A stretch of 64,000 nucleotides of DNA from a virus. The translations under genes and the position numbers were made by a program. Position 1 is the first letter of the stretch. Each line of letters begins with the position of its first letter. The stretch lies in the IMG/VR virus record IMGVR_UViG_3300042402_003577, positions 32,001 through 96,000 of that record; one strand, 5' to 3'. The notes below the pieces were generated by a model. The model was not told the DNA's origin and made no database searches. It was given only the letters and a program-made list of their open reading frames with translations. Shown one piece after another: positions 30,883 to 39,016 of this stretch.

Positions 30883-31267
30883 CGTCTGTGTTTTTATTAT
30901 TATATAAATAGAGATTCTTTGTGTTTACCTTTTCTCCTGTTTCCTTATCTGTAAACTCTTTTACAATAATTTCTTCAGTTTCGTAATAGTTTCTCTTTAT
31001 CTCTTCGCCTTCTCTTATTCTCCTAGTGGCTATTAAAGAATGCCCTTCCACTCTTACGTTGGGATCAAAGGAATGCTTGATGTATTTTACAATAGGATCT
31101 AATACATGGTAATTTACATCTAATTGTATTGTGTGTTGAGTAGGTGTTTTTGATTCTTCACAACATATAAATAGAACAGTCTCGCCAGTAAAGAATTCTT
31201 TTGTTGAATGTACTTGTTTTATTCTCTTATTTTTGATAATTTCAAAATGATTATTATGCTTATTCAT
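30854..31267 (-). CDS. SET-domain protein (putative lysine methyltransferase)
   Basis: YIKHSFDPN (cf. NHSCxPN) and IATRRIREGEEIKRNY (cf. A.RDI..GEEL..DY). Confidence 0.7.
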   Translation of the reverse strand: MNKHNNHFEIIKNKRIKQVHSTKEFFTGETVLFICCEESKTPTQHTIQLDVNYHVLDPIVKYIKHSFDPNVRVEGHSLIATRRIREGEEIKRNYYETEEIIVKEFTDKETGEKVNTKNLYLYNNKNTDDGLLFDAEF

Positions 31268-31781
31268 GTATTATTCTATCTTTAAAAATTTCTAATAAAT
31301 CATCATAGTATAGGATGACATCCTCTCCTTTCATTAATTTTTTCATTTGTTTAATAGGTAGGGGCAAGTTTTTTAAGCAATCTTTAAACCCTGTTTGTTT
31401 TTGGTTGTTTTCAAAATCTATTTTATTATAAATATGATTTTTATTTACATCTAATAGAGTTTCTATTCTAGGGAAATGAATTAAGCATCTAATGGTTTTA
31501 TCCATTAAGCAAATAGGTGCCGTTGTTTTCAACAAAAGAAAGAACCCTGCACTAGAGCATTCCTCTATTGGAAAGAGGGTTATATCTCCATACTCTTCTA
31601 TGGCTCTTGATAGAGGGTGTATGTAGCTTGTATATCCTCCAGGAGTATTTATAAATAAATTTACAGACTCAGAGTTGTTATTTAAGAATGAAATAGCTTC
31701 ATTAACAATTGGCAACTCAAAAGGTCCTTCAAATATATAATTAACTCTTCTTTCTATGTTTGGTTCTTCTATGATTTCCAT
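31260..31781 (-). CDS. ClpP/crotonase-like protease
   Basis: LFINTPGG, CSSAG nucleophile elbow, LIH. Confidence 0.65.
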   Translation of the reverse strand: MEIIEEPNIERRVNYIFEGPFELPIVNEAISFLNNNSESVNLFINTPGGYTSYIHPLSRAIEEYGDITLFPIEECSSAGFFLLLKTTAPICLMDKTIRCLIHFPRIETLLDVNKNHIYNKIDFENNQKQTGFKDCLKNLPLPIKQMKKLMKGEDVILYYDDLLEIFKDRIIHE

Positions 31782-31782
31782 A

Positions 31783-32112
31783 TTATGCTTCTATGTTTTT
31801 AGCTATCCTTAAAGATATTGCTGTAGCATTACCATGAACATAAATAAATTTATCTGAAGGAGTACTTAGTTGAATACTAAAATTTAACTCCTTGCTTTCT
31901 CCAGGTTCTATTATTGTACCTGTATTGATACCTGAAGGTGTTGTGCAACCACAACTTTTTGCTACACTTTGGCATACAAAGGTTTCATCCCCTGTATTTT
32001 TTACCATAACTGAGCCTGTAACTGTTTGATTTCTTTTACCAGTCACCACAATAACTTCTGGTTCAAATACCACTGTAGTGAGCTTTAAGTTTGGATTAAT
32101 ATTATCAGTCAT
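31783..32112 (-). CDS. DUF1573-like Ig-fold protein
   Basis: KNTG.......V..SCGCT....I.PGES motif. Confidence 0.7.
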   Translation of the reverse strand: MTDNINPNLKLTTVVFEPEVIVVTGKRNQTVTGSVMVKNTGDETFVCQSVAKSCGCTTPSGINTGTIIEPGESKELNFSIQLSTPSDKFIYVHGNATAISLRIAKNIEA

Positions 32113-32116
32113 TTTA

Positions 32117-32422
32117 TTAAAATTTTATATTATTTTCTAATTTAAATCTCTCCCACTCTCCTTCTTCCATCATATCAGGGAAGCAAGGATTTTCCTTTCT
32201 CTTACATCCATCTGTACCATAATACAGATCAGGGGTTTCACATCCACATTCTAGGCAACTGCCATTTAATGTGCAAGGTTTAGCCACTTCTGCTCTCCAG
32301 AGCACTTGTTCTTTTTCATATTCAGGCAAAAAACCTGCCTCTCTGACTTGAGCAGAGAGGAAGTTTTTTACATTTTTAAAATTAATCTTTGCAGGATTAG
32401 CTGCATTTGGATCGGCAAACAT
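32117..32422 (-). CDS. Cys-rich (Zn-binding) hypothetical protein
   Basis: C...G.C..CGC...C....C. Confidence 0.55.
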   Translation of the reverse strand: MFADPNAANPAKINFKNVKNFLSAQVREAGFLPEYEKEQVLWRAEVAKPCTLNGSCLECGCETPDLYYGTDGCKRKENPCFPDMMEEGEWERFKLENNIKF

Positions 32423-32434
32423 GTTAAAAATTAT

Positions 32435-32761
32435 TTATAGACTTAGAATGTCCCAATTTTCTTTAAATTCTCCACCTTCCATTTTGTCATCACTTTCCAT
32501 TTCTGTTTCATTCTCATCTTCTGATTCCATTTCTAGAGGATTTTTTTCAAAATACTTTTTAATACAAGAATATTCTCCTTCTCCATTGAAAGGATACTTA
32601 TCCACTGTTAAAAGCCATCCATTGCTGATTTTTTCCAAAGTTTTTGTAACTTCTTCTTTATCAGTTCTTTTTTTCAAGATAAAAGTCTCATCTCCTTGGT
32701 TCATTTCTTTGGTCATAGAAACAATTTTCTTTTTAACGACCATCATTGGTAATGTTTTCAT
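32435..32761 (-). CDS. Hypothetical protein
   Basis: Operon packing. Confidence 0.5.
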   Translation of the reverse strand: MKTLPMMVVKKKIVSMTKEMNQGDETFILKKRTDKEEVTKTLEKISNGWLLTVDKYPFNGEGEYSCIKKYFEKNPLEMESEDENETEMESDDKMEGGEFKENWDILSL

Positions 32762-32766
32762 TTTTT

Positions 32767-33021
32767 TTATTTATAGGTTAATAATAGCTTAATATAATTT
32801 GTAAATCTTTGTATCAAAGATAACTTAGAAGGTTTCTTTTTAAGAAATGATGCAGAAGGAGCAGTACAATGAGTAGTGTCATAAACGATTGGAGTTTCAT
32901 TTACAATGCTATTCTCAATCTTATTGCTTTCTAACAAAATTTTTTCTTCTTTTCTAGTTATTCCAGGTGACTTCTTTCTAGGAGAAGCTGGTGTTTTTTT
33001 CTTATTGATATTTTTTTCCAT
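32767..33021 (-). CDS. Hypothetical basic protein
   Basis: Operon packing. Confidence 0.5.
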   Translation of the reverse strand: MEKNINKKKTPASPRKKSPGITRKEEKILLESNKIENSIVNETPIVYDTTHCTAPSASFLKKKPSKLSLIQRFTNYIKLLLTYK

Positions 33022-33022
33022 G

Positions 33023-33451
33023 TTATATGATATGTTTTACAGTTACAAGATCTTCTGGGATTAAAAATGTAAGCTCTAGAGCTTCTTCTGTTTCTTCTAG
33101 CTTGTGGCAGAAGAATGCAAAAGGCATTAATCCTTGTAAATAAGAGCCAAACACAGGTCTAGCTTCTCCATTAGGATCTCCTCCTACAGGTGGCTTATAA
33201 CTTACAATAGGTTTATCCACCATACTATCTCCAATAGAAATAATATCTCCTTCTTGAAAGTTTTTGGAACCGTTAGCCATTAATACTTTAAAGGCATTTT
33301 TAATTTCAGTGGTTTTATGCTGATCCATACCCACTAACTGAGAAGCCAATGCACTTTTTTTAGCATAACATTGTACTAAAATGTGATTTTCTCTTTTGAT
33401 TTCAAATCCAAAATTTGGAATTGGTTGATCTTTGAATTCTTTGATTGTCAT
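33023..33451 (-). CDS. GroES-like co-chaperonin (tentative)
   Basis: NHILVQ...KVL...EGDII...LIPEDLV pattern. Confidence 0.35.
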   Translation of the reverse strand: MTIKEFKDQPIPNFGFEIKRENHILVQCYAKKSALASQLVGMDQHKTTEIKNAFKVLMANGSKNFQEGDIISIGDSMVDKPIVSYKPPVGGDPNGEARPVFGSYLQGLMPFAFFCHKLEETEEALELTFLIPEDLVTVKHII

Positions 33452-33505
33452 AATGTGTTTTTTTTGTGTGTTATAAAATAAAATACAAATATACGAAAAT
33501 AATTT

Positions 33506-33781
33506 TTATTTTCTTATATTATTTTTTAATGATCTAATTGTGTTTATCATTTTTTGTGTCTTCTCTACATGCCTTAATTTAAAGAATAATCTAAGTCTTT
33601 TCTTTATCTTCATAATGCTTGGAGCTATTTTACCAAACTTAGGTAAATACATTTCTCTATCAGGAGACTTTGACATCTCCTTTGAAAGCGTTTTTACATA
33701 ATCTTTATAAATTATTTCCACCATTTCTGGGGAAACATCTCCAAGATTATTAGAAACTTCTTCAAATATACTATTGGACAT
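33506..33781 (-). CDS. HU/IHF-like protein
   Basis: Two helices, then YLPKFGK; basic tail. Confidence 0.45.
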   Translation of the reverse strand: MSNSIFEEVSNNLGDVSPEMVEIIYKDYVKTLSKEMSKSPDREMYLPKFGKIAPSIMKIKKRLRLFFKLRHVEKTQKMINTIRSLKNNIRK

Positions 33782-33959
33782 CTGAAAATAATATGATTAC
33801 AATAAAGGAAAACAAAGCCACTATGATTAAAAAGTCTCTACATATTCTTTTAATAGTAAAATCTAAAGGAGTGTCTTCTTTTAGCTTAAAAAATATATTC
33901 AAAGCTCCCATAGTGAGCAAAAATGTTATTGTTAAAATTAATTTTGCAGCTAATATCAT
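33771..33959 (-). CDS. Small membrane protein
   Basis: Two TM helices. Confidence 0.5.
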   Translation of the reverse strand: MILAAKLILTITFLLTMGALNIFFKLKEDTPLDFTIKRICRDFLIIVALFSFIVIILFSDVQ

Positions 33960-34150
33960 TATACTAATAGTAATTTTAAGCTATCGTCTAAGCTTATAGC
34001 TATGGTGAGGTTTTTATACTTCACTAACTCCTCATAGTATTCCATACCTAGCTCTCTTTTAAGTACCTCATAGGTGGAATTATCCATTATCATAAGCTTC
34101 CTGTAAGGGGAGTTCATTTCTTTTATTATTTGTATTATGCTCTTATTCAT
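33959..34150 (-). CDS. Hypothetical protein
   Basis: Overlapping stop/start. Confidence 0.5.
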   Translation of the reverse strand: MNKSIIQIIKEMNSPYRKLMIMDNSTYEVLKRELGMEYYEELVKYKNLTIAISLDDSLKLLLV

Positions 34151-34559
34151 AAATAAAGTTTATATCAAGTTTAAATTCTTTGTCTTTATACATTTTTTCA
34201 AGCCATTGTGGTATTTCATAATCCAATACTCTAGGTTTTGAAAATCTATCTGTAGGTTGTGAGATGGTTTTCTTTAGAATCTTATAAGGAATTATCCTAT
34301 CATTTATATAGGCCCCAATATAAGAAGAAAACACTTGCATGTGCTTTGCAATCACTACATGCATTTGGTTCATATTCTTAAATTTATTTACATTATTTTC
34401 ATGTAATTTAGGAAAATCTAATTTGTAATACAATACCCAGTATAAAACTTCAAGGGTTTTGTCGGAAAGTAAGATACCTCTGGTGGCCAGTAATACTCTG
34501 GCCCTTTCCATGAAGCATTCTTTCTTGTCTTTTTTTATATTTTGTTTATATACTCCCAT
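34143..34559 (-). CDS. Hypothetical protein (possible wHTH)
   Basis: Operon packing, CACACAC leader. Confidence 0.5.
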   Translation of the reverse strand: MGVYKQNIKKDKKECFMERARVLLATRGILLSDKTLEVLYWVLYYKLDFPKLHENNVNKFKNMNQMHVVIAKHMQVFSSYIGAYINDRIIPYKILKKTISQPTDRFSKPRVLDYEIPQWLEKMYKDKEFKLDINFIYE

Positions 34560-34605
34560 TTTGTGTGTGTTTTATCTGTAACAATTATTTTAAAAATAAA
34601 GTTCC

Positions 34606-34860
34606 TTAAAATTTATATTTCTTTATAATATCCTTCACTTCATTCATAATTCTTATATTGACATCTAAGCCTAAATGACCTGGAGAAAGTTCTTTCATAA
34701 GCTGAATAGAATTTGTAATATCCTCTAGAGCGCACTCTCTTGCGTAGTGATGTATAAAATTTCTGCTCACACCCTGCTTTAGAGTGGATATATATTTATC
34801 TATTAGTTCTTTTGCATATTCCTCAGACGTGAGGAGAGTAATATTAGGTAGCTTATTCAT
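34606..34860 (-). CDS. Hypothetical protein (AKEL..KY...CAL family)
   Basis: Resembles 37831-38040. Confidence 0.5.
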   Translation of the reverse strand: MNKLPNITLLTSEEYAKELIDKYISTLKQGVSRNFIHHYARECALEDITNSIQLMKELSPGHLGLDVNIRIMNEVKDIIKKYKF

Positions 34861-35176
34861 TCTCTATTGTTTCAAATTCTTCTTGTTCAATTAATTCCTT
34901 TATCTCAATATCATTTAACTCTGTGCAATCTTTGACAAGTTGCATAAATTCTTCTAAATCATCCTGGTGTATGGCAAATCTTTTAGCGTCAAATACCCCA
35001 TAAGGATTACAGGATTCGTCAAGATCTATTTCTTCCAGGGTGTATGCCATTGTTTTAGAAGGAATGGAATAGAATACCATCAGAATATGATAGAGTTCTT
35101 GTTCTTTCACCCATTTACTTGCAGGGATTATGCTTGGTTTATTCTTTTCGTCAATGCAGATAACTCTTACACTCAT
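34853..35176 (-). CDS. Hypothetical protein
   Basis: TATATTTG promoter box at 35198-35205. Confidence 0.55.
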   Translation of the reverse strand: MSVRVICIDEKNKPSIIPASKWVKEQELYHILMVFYSIPSKTMAYTLEEIDLDESCNPYGVFDAKRFAIHQDDLEEFMQLVKDCTELNDIEIKELIEQEEFETIENE

Positions 35177-35234
35177 TATTATATTATTTTAAAATCGCAA
35201 ATATACAAAAATTTTTTTAAATGCAAATATTTTT

Positions 35235-35756
35235 TTATAAAATAGAGGATAATGCGGCATAATGTGTATTATCAAACAAACTTTGTACGTCTTTTTTGAT
35301 TATTTTTCCATTAAAAGACAAATAAGGGTTGAATACCCAGTAGTTATGATGATTTTCAAACCTATCATACACTTGAAACTTACCTATCACCCCTAATTTA
35401 AATAATTTCTCAATTATGTTCTGTATTTTTCTCCTATCAACATTAAAAAACTCAGATAATTCCTTCATTGTACTCTCTGGTCTTAATGGTTCTAAACTGT
35501 TTGTATAGGCATGGGCCATCATAGACATCTTATAAGCCACTTTAAACTCTGTATCAGTGGTTTGAGTCTCTAATAATTGCCAAGCCTTTGTAAAAAACCT
35601 AGAATAACTCTCCTTACTTATGAAAAAATTCATAGAAGGGTCCTTGGGTTGCTTTTTTTCCTTATCCTTAGCGGAAACTTCCCTTACTTCACCAGTCTCT
35701 AAGTCTATCTTAGCAGCTCTTTCGTGGTGTTTTAACTTAATTACCTTTTCATACAT
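35235..35756 (-). CDS. RepL-like wHTH replication/DNA-binding protein
   Basis: IDLETGEV N-terminal motif, HTH (TMKELSEFFNVDRRKIQNIIEKL), VFNPYLSFNG. Confidence 0.7.
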   Translation of the reverse strand: MYEKVIKLKHHERAAKIDLETGEVREVSAKDKEKKQPKDPSMNFFISKESYSRFFTKAWQLLETQTTDTEFKVAYKMSMMAHAYTNSLEPLRPESTMKELSEFFNVDRRKIQNIIEKLFKLGVIGKFQVYDRFENHHNYWVFNPYLSFNGKIIKKDVQSLFDNTHYAALSSIL

Positions 35757-35771
35757 AATCTTTGTTAATAT

Positions 35772-36191
35772 TTATCTACTAACAGATACGATAGCTTGAG
35801 GAAATTCTTTACAAGCAGACAAATACTCCTCTATAAAAGGAACAAAGTGGACATAAGTTCCCCATCCATTAGGAGAATCAAAAGTTTTATAATGTTCAGG
35901 CCTTGCTTTCATATCTTCCAATCCTTTTTCTATAATAGGGATTATTTCATAAGCTCTCACCTCTACACTATCCTCATATTTTAATTCTTCATGGTAGTCT
36001 TCTATAGGAACATAACTCTCTTTCAACATATAAGGTCTCCATAACGCTTCATAAATCCCTGCTTCCTTAGCCATATCTCCTAGATTATGTGTAATGTTAG
36101 CCCCAAAAACCTCTTCTTCTTTTTCTTCTAATGTTTTACCCCCATCATAACTAATGTGGTATTTTCTGTATAATCCTACATCTAAACTCAT
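35772..36191 (-). CDS. Conserved phage hypothetical protein
   Basis: NITHNL..MA..AG and NGWGTY motifs. Confidence 0.6.
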   Translation of the reverse strand: MSLDVGLYRKYHISYDGGKTLEEKEEEVFGANITHNLGDMAKEAGIYEALWRPYMLKESYVPIEDYHEELKYEDSVEVRAYEIIPIIEKGLEDMKARPEHYKTFDSPNGWGTYVHFVPFIEEYLSACKEFPQAIVSVSR

Positions 36192-36453
36192 ATATTTATA
36201 TTTTTTAAATTTTAAAAATACTCCAACCTATCTACTCGTCAGTAGCATCAGTTGGAGGTTCCTCCGCTTATTTTCTTCGTCAGAGTTCTAAGACCTATTA
36301 GCAGTGGGCATGTTGCACAGAGGCCGAACAGGTTCATTATTTTAACCAATAAGAATAATGTCTACTACAATTTCTACAACACTATTATAATCTTTTAATT
36401 TCATTTTTAATGTTTAATTTGTTTTAAGTTACAAATATATAACATTTTTATTT

Positions 36454-36501
36454 AAAAAGCAAGAGATAAAGAGAATATTTCTATTCTCCCTATCTACTTA
36501 C
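36454..36501 (-). terminator. Intrinsic terminator after tRNA-like element
   Basis: AGATAGGGAGAATA-GAAA-TATTCTCTTTATCT plus T-run. Confidence 0.75.
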
Positions 36502-36504
36502 TCC

Positions 36505-36627
36505 GTCAGGACAAGGATTCGAACCTGTATGATAACTTATGAGCGGTCTTAACGGGTCTTTCGAGGTTACTCACGTTATCCTTACTATTAACCTTTATTC
36601 ATGCGTCTACCAATTCCGCCACCTGAC
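36505..36627 (-). ncRNA. tRNA-like element (Leu-type D arm, no canonical anticodon arm)
   Basis: GTCAGG/CCTGAC acceptor, TGGCGGAATTGGTAGACGC D arm, ACAGGTTCGAATCC T arm, ~70-nt central segment. Confidence 0.7.
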
Positions 36628-36636
36628 TATATTATT

Positions 36637-36764
36637 CACCAAGCTTCATTCCGCGCGTCCGCGGAAGATTGGCTTAGCTATCTACCTTAACTTATGCCTT
36701 GGGCTATTCGTTTGCGTAGAAACAAGACCACAGCAAGTGAGCTGTTCTTATGGGAAGCCTCGTG
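36637..36764 (-). ncRNA. Candidate structured RNA (~128 nt)
   Basis: GC-rich; paired ends; hairpins ACAGC/GCTGT and TTCCGCG/CGCGGAA. Confidence 0.5.
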
Positions 36765-36772
36765 GTACTATC

Positions 36773-36789
36773 GTAGTCAGGACAGGATT
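36773..36789 (-). pseudogene. 3' remnant of a second tRNA-like copy
   Basis: AATCCTGTCCTGACTAC, near-identical to the 3' end of 36505-36627. Confidence 0.55.
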
Positions 36790-37201
36790 ATTTATTTTTT
36801 AACCCCTCTCTCCATTTTCTAATTATTGCATTGTGAATATCTTTACATTCTTGACATCTACAACCTCTTTTGTATGCTCCATTACTAGGATGTTTTTTAA
36901 GTTTTTCAATATCAATACCTCCTAATAATTTTATCCTTCCTTTATCAAACCCATCTTGCCAATTATCTTTAGGTGTTCCCAAAAACAAATGCTCTGGATT
37001 AACGCATTTTCTATTATCACAAGAATGACAAACATACATCCCTTCAGGTATATCTCCATTATATAACTTATAAGAGACTCTATGGGCATCTACAACTTTC
37101 CCATCTATCTTAAAAGCTCCATAACCTGATTTGCCTCTTAGAGATGCTTTCCATATCCAACAAGTTTCAGTTTTATTAATTTTATTTAAAAATCTTTCCA
37201 T
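36788..37201 (-). CDS. HNH homing endonuclease
   Basis: [30 protein letters not shown]; C-terminal GCRC..C. Confidence 0.9.
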   Translation of the reverse strand: MERFLNKINKTETCWIWKASLRGKSGYGAFKIDGKVVDAHRVSYKLYNGDIPEGMYVCHSCDNRKCVNPEHLFLGTPKDNWQDGFDKGRIKLLGGIDIEKLKKHPSNGAYKRGCRCQECKDIHNAIIRKWREGLKNK

Positions 37202-37331
37202 ATTATTTATCCTCCTAGAATATCATCTACTACTACATCTATCATAATGAATTGTTTTTTATTATTATCCGCCTAATACATCTATCTCCACTATATCATC
37301 CTTTATAATTAATTGTTTTTTCATATTGTTT

Positions 37332-37655
37332 TTATTTTAGTAAAGTGAATAGTTCGTATGTAGAATTTTTAGTTTTAAATTTAATGTAATCGTCTTTTTG
37401 TTCAATTATCTCTGTTACAGAAGTCGTCATCCAAGTAAAGGTTGGGCCAAAAGGAGACATTAATAAACTTCTACCAACTTTAATATCTTCAAAATTATCT
37501 TGACAGTGTCCATCCTCATTCCAACCTAACCATTTCACATCTAAAGATGTTTTTGTTAACTGATCTGATTCTCGAATTAGTTTGTATTTATGATCTGATT
37601 CCTTTCCATAGATTTCTTCAACTACATTATCTAAATATAAAGTTTCTCTTTTCAT
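37332..37655 (-). CDS. Hypothetical protein
   Basis: W.TT.VTEI...FKTKNSTY motif common in phages. Confidence 0.55.
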   Translation of the reverse strand: MKRETLYLDNVVEEIYGKESDHKYKLIRESDQLTKTSLDVKWLGWNEDGHCQDNFEDIKVGRSLLMSPFGPTFTWMTTSVTEIIEQKDDYIKFKTKNSTYELFTLLK

Positions 37656-37834
37656 ATTTTATTTTGTTTTAAATGGTTGTTATAATAATTTTTAATCAAA
37701 CATTCTCTAAGAAACTTATTTATAGAATTAAATCTATCTTCTTTCTCCATCTCCTTAGCCTTTTCTAAATCAAAAGCATCTAACTCTCTTTCTTTAGATA
37801 ATTCAAATAACCAATCAATTGCTGTCTGTTTCAT
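37652..37834 (-). CDS. Hypothetical protein (KQTA..WL family)
   Basis: ATGA overlap. Confidence 0.55.
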   Translation of the reverse strand: MKQTAIDWLFELSKERELDAFDLEKAKEMEKEDRFNSINKFLRECLIKNYYNNHLKQNKI

Positions 37835-38040
37835 AACTTCTCTATCTCTTGTTTAACTTCTTCCCAATAATTAATTCTTTTTTCAAAATGTTCTTCTTCC
37901 ATTCCGTACATATCGTCATCAAGAATTTCATCAACTGCTATTAATGCACAATCTTTGGCCATATCATCTGGGTAAGAACTATCTGCACATTTTTGGTAAT
38001 ACTTATCTACTAACTCTTTTGCTTTTTCTTCTGGTGTCAT
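37831..38040 (-). CDS. Hypothetical protein (MTP.EKA.EL family)
   Basis: Paralog of 49549-49731; promoter box 38056-38063. Confidence 0.6.
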   Translation of the reverse strand: MTPEEKAKELVDKYYQKCADSSYPDDMAKDCALIAVDEILDDDMYGMEEEHFEKRINYWEEVKQEIEKL

Positions 38041-38092
38041 ATTTTAATATTTATGCAAAGATACAACCTTTATTTTAATTCATTATTATTTT

Positions 38093-38365
38093 TTAATTGT
38101 TATCTGCAGCTAAAGCACCTGCTTTAAATCCTCTATTATACCCATCTCTATAGCTATCTTGTCCTAATCTAGGAATTGGACAAAGAGGGGTTATAGGACA
38201 AATGGCAAATTGTCCTTTGACATCTTTCCACCCTTCGCAATACCCATCTTTCCACCCGCTACAATACTCATAATTTACACACTCTTTTCCAACCTCCTTA
38301 CTGATATAAGAAGATATTAATAATCCCCCACTCATAATCCATAATAATAATACTATTTTTTTCAT
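38093..38365 (-). CDS. Secreted/membrane-anchored Cys-rich protein
   Basis: Signal/TM, YC.GW.DG repeats; promoter box 38383-38390. Confidence 0.55.
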   Translation of the reverse strand: MKKIVLLLWIMSGGLLISSYISKEVGKECVNYEYCSGWKDGYCEGWKDVKGQFAICPITPLCPIPRLGQDSYRDGYNRGFKAGALAADNN

Positions 38366-38408
38366 TTCTTTATAATTTTATGCAAAGATAATACATTTAT
38401 ATTCAATG

Positions 38409-38594
38409 TCAAGAATTTTTTTTATAATCTAAATAAAATCCTATAGCCACAATTATATTCATCCCACAAGAAGCAGCTATCTCATGGACATCCTCATATA
38501 CATTCAAACTCAAATGAATATGGCCTATAGTCCAAAAAGGAATGGATAGGTTCTGTGACACCCAAATAATAAAATATTTTATAAACTCCTTCAT
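38409..38594 (-). CDS. Small membrane protein
   Basis: Hydrophobic segments. Confidence 0.5.
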   Translation of the reverse strand: MKEFIKYFIIWVSQNLSIPFWTIGHIHLSLNVYEDVHEIAASCGMNIIVAIGFYLDYKKNS

Positions 38595-38636
38595 ATTTTT
38601 AATTCCTATATAAAATAATCTTTTACAAAAAAAACT

Positions 38637-38993
38637 TTATTTTTGCTTATTAACTATTTCTATTAATTTTTTAAGACAAGCAAGTTCTGCCTCCTCATAA
38701 GAATTAAACCTCAAGTCTTCATCTTCTGAATGATATACATAATCATTTAAAATGATGTCATCAACTCTAATATACCAATGCGCAGGAGTACAAACATGTA
38801 AATCTATACAGCCAAACAAATTATACTTCTCTCTAAACCATCTAAATGCTTGTTGGTAAAGTGGTGCAATAGTATCTGTCTTATCCCAATCATTAAGTAT
38901 TCCTGTTGGCCCATACCAACCAAAACACGGTTCACTAAAACCAAGTTTTTCAAGAGCTAATGCTTGTTCGTGAGGTATAAATTCTTTTTCCAT
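38637..38993 (-). CDS. Hypothetical protein
   Basis: APLYQQAFRWFREK and YEEAELACL motifs; promoter box 39009-39016. Confidence 0.6.
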   Translation of the reverse strand: MEKEFIPHEQALALEKLGFSEPCFGWYGPTGILNDWDKTDTIAPLYQQAFRWFREKYNLFGCIDLHVCTPAHWYIRVDDIILNDYVYHSEDEDLRFNSYEEAELACLKKLIEIVNKQK

Positions 38994-39016
38994 ATAAATA
39001 ATTTTTTACAAAGATA

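Noticed and set aside
36221-36340. Hammerhead or HDV/theta ribozyme (CTGACGA, CTGATG, GCTAA words)
   Set aside because: Could not build the required stems (no GAAA after a stem II; no P1 partner)
36505-36627. Intron-containing tRNA-Leu or tmRNA
   Set aside because: Insert too short for a group I intron and no anticodon arm can be rebuilt; has a D stem and no tag ORF/pseudoknots
1308-36802. Short plus-strand ORFs antisense to structural genes, and minus-strand ORFs within the right arm
   Set aside because: Shadow ORFs inside well-supported genes, low-complexity translations, no leaders
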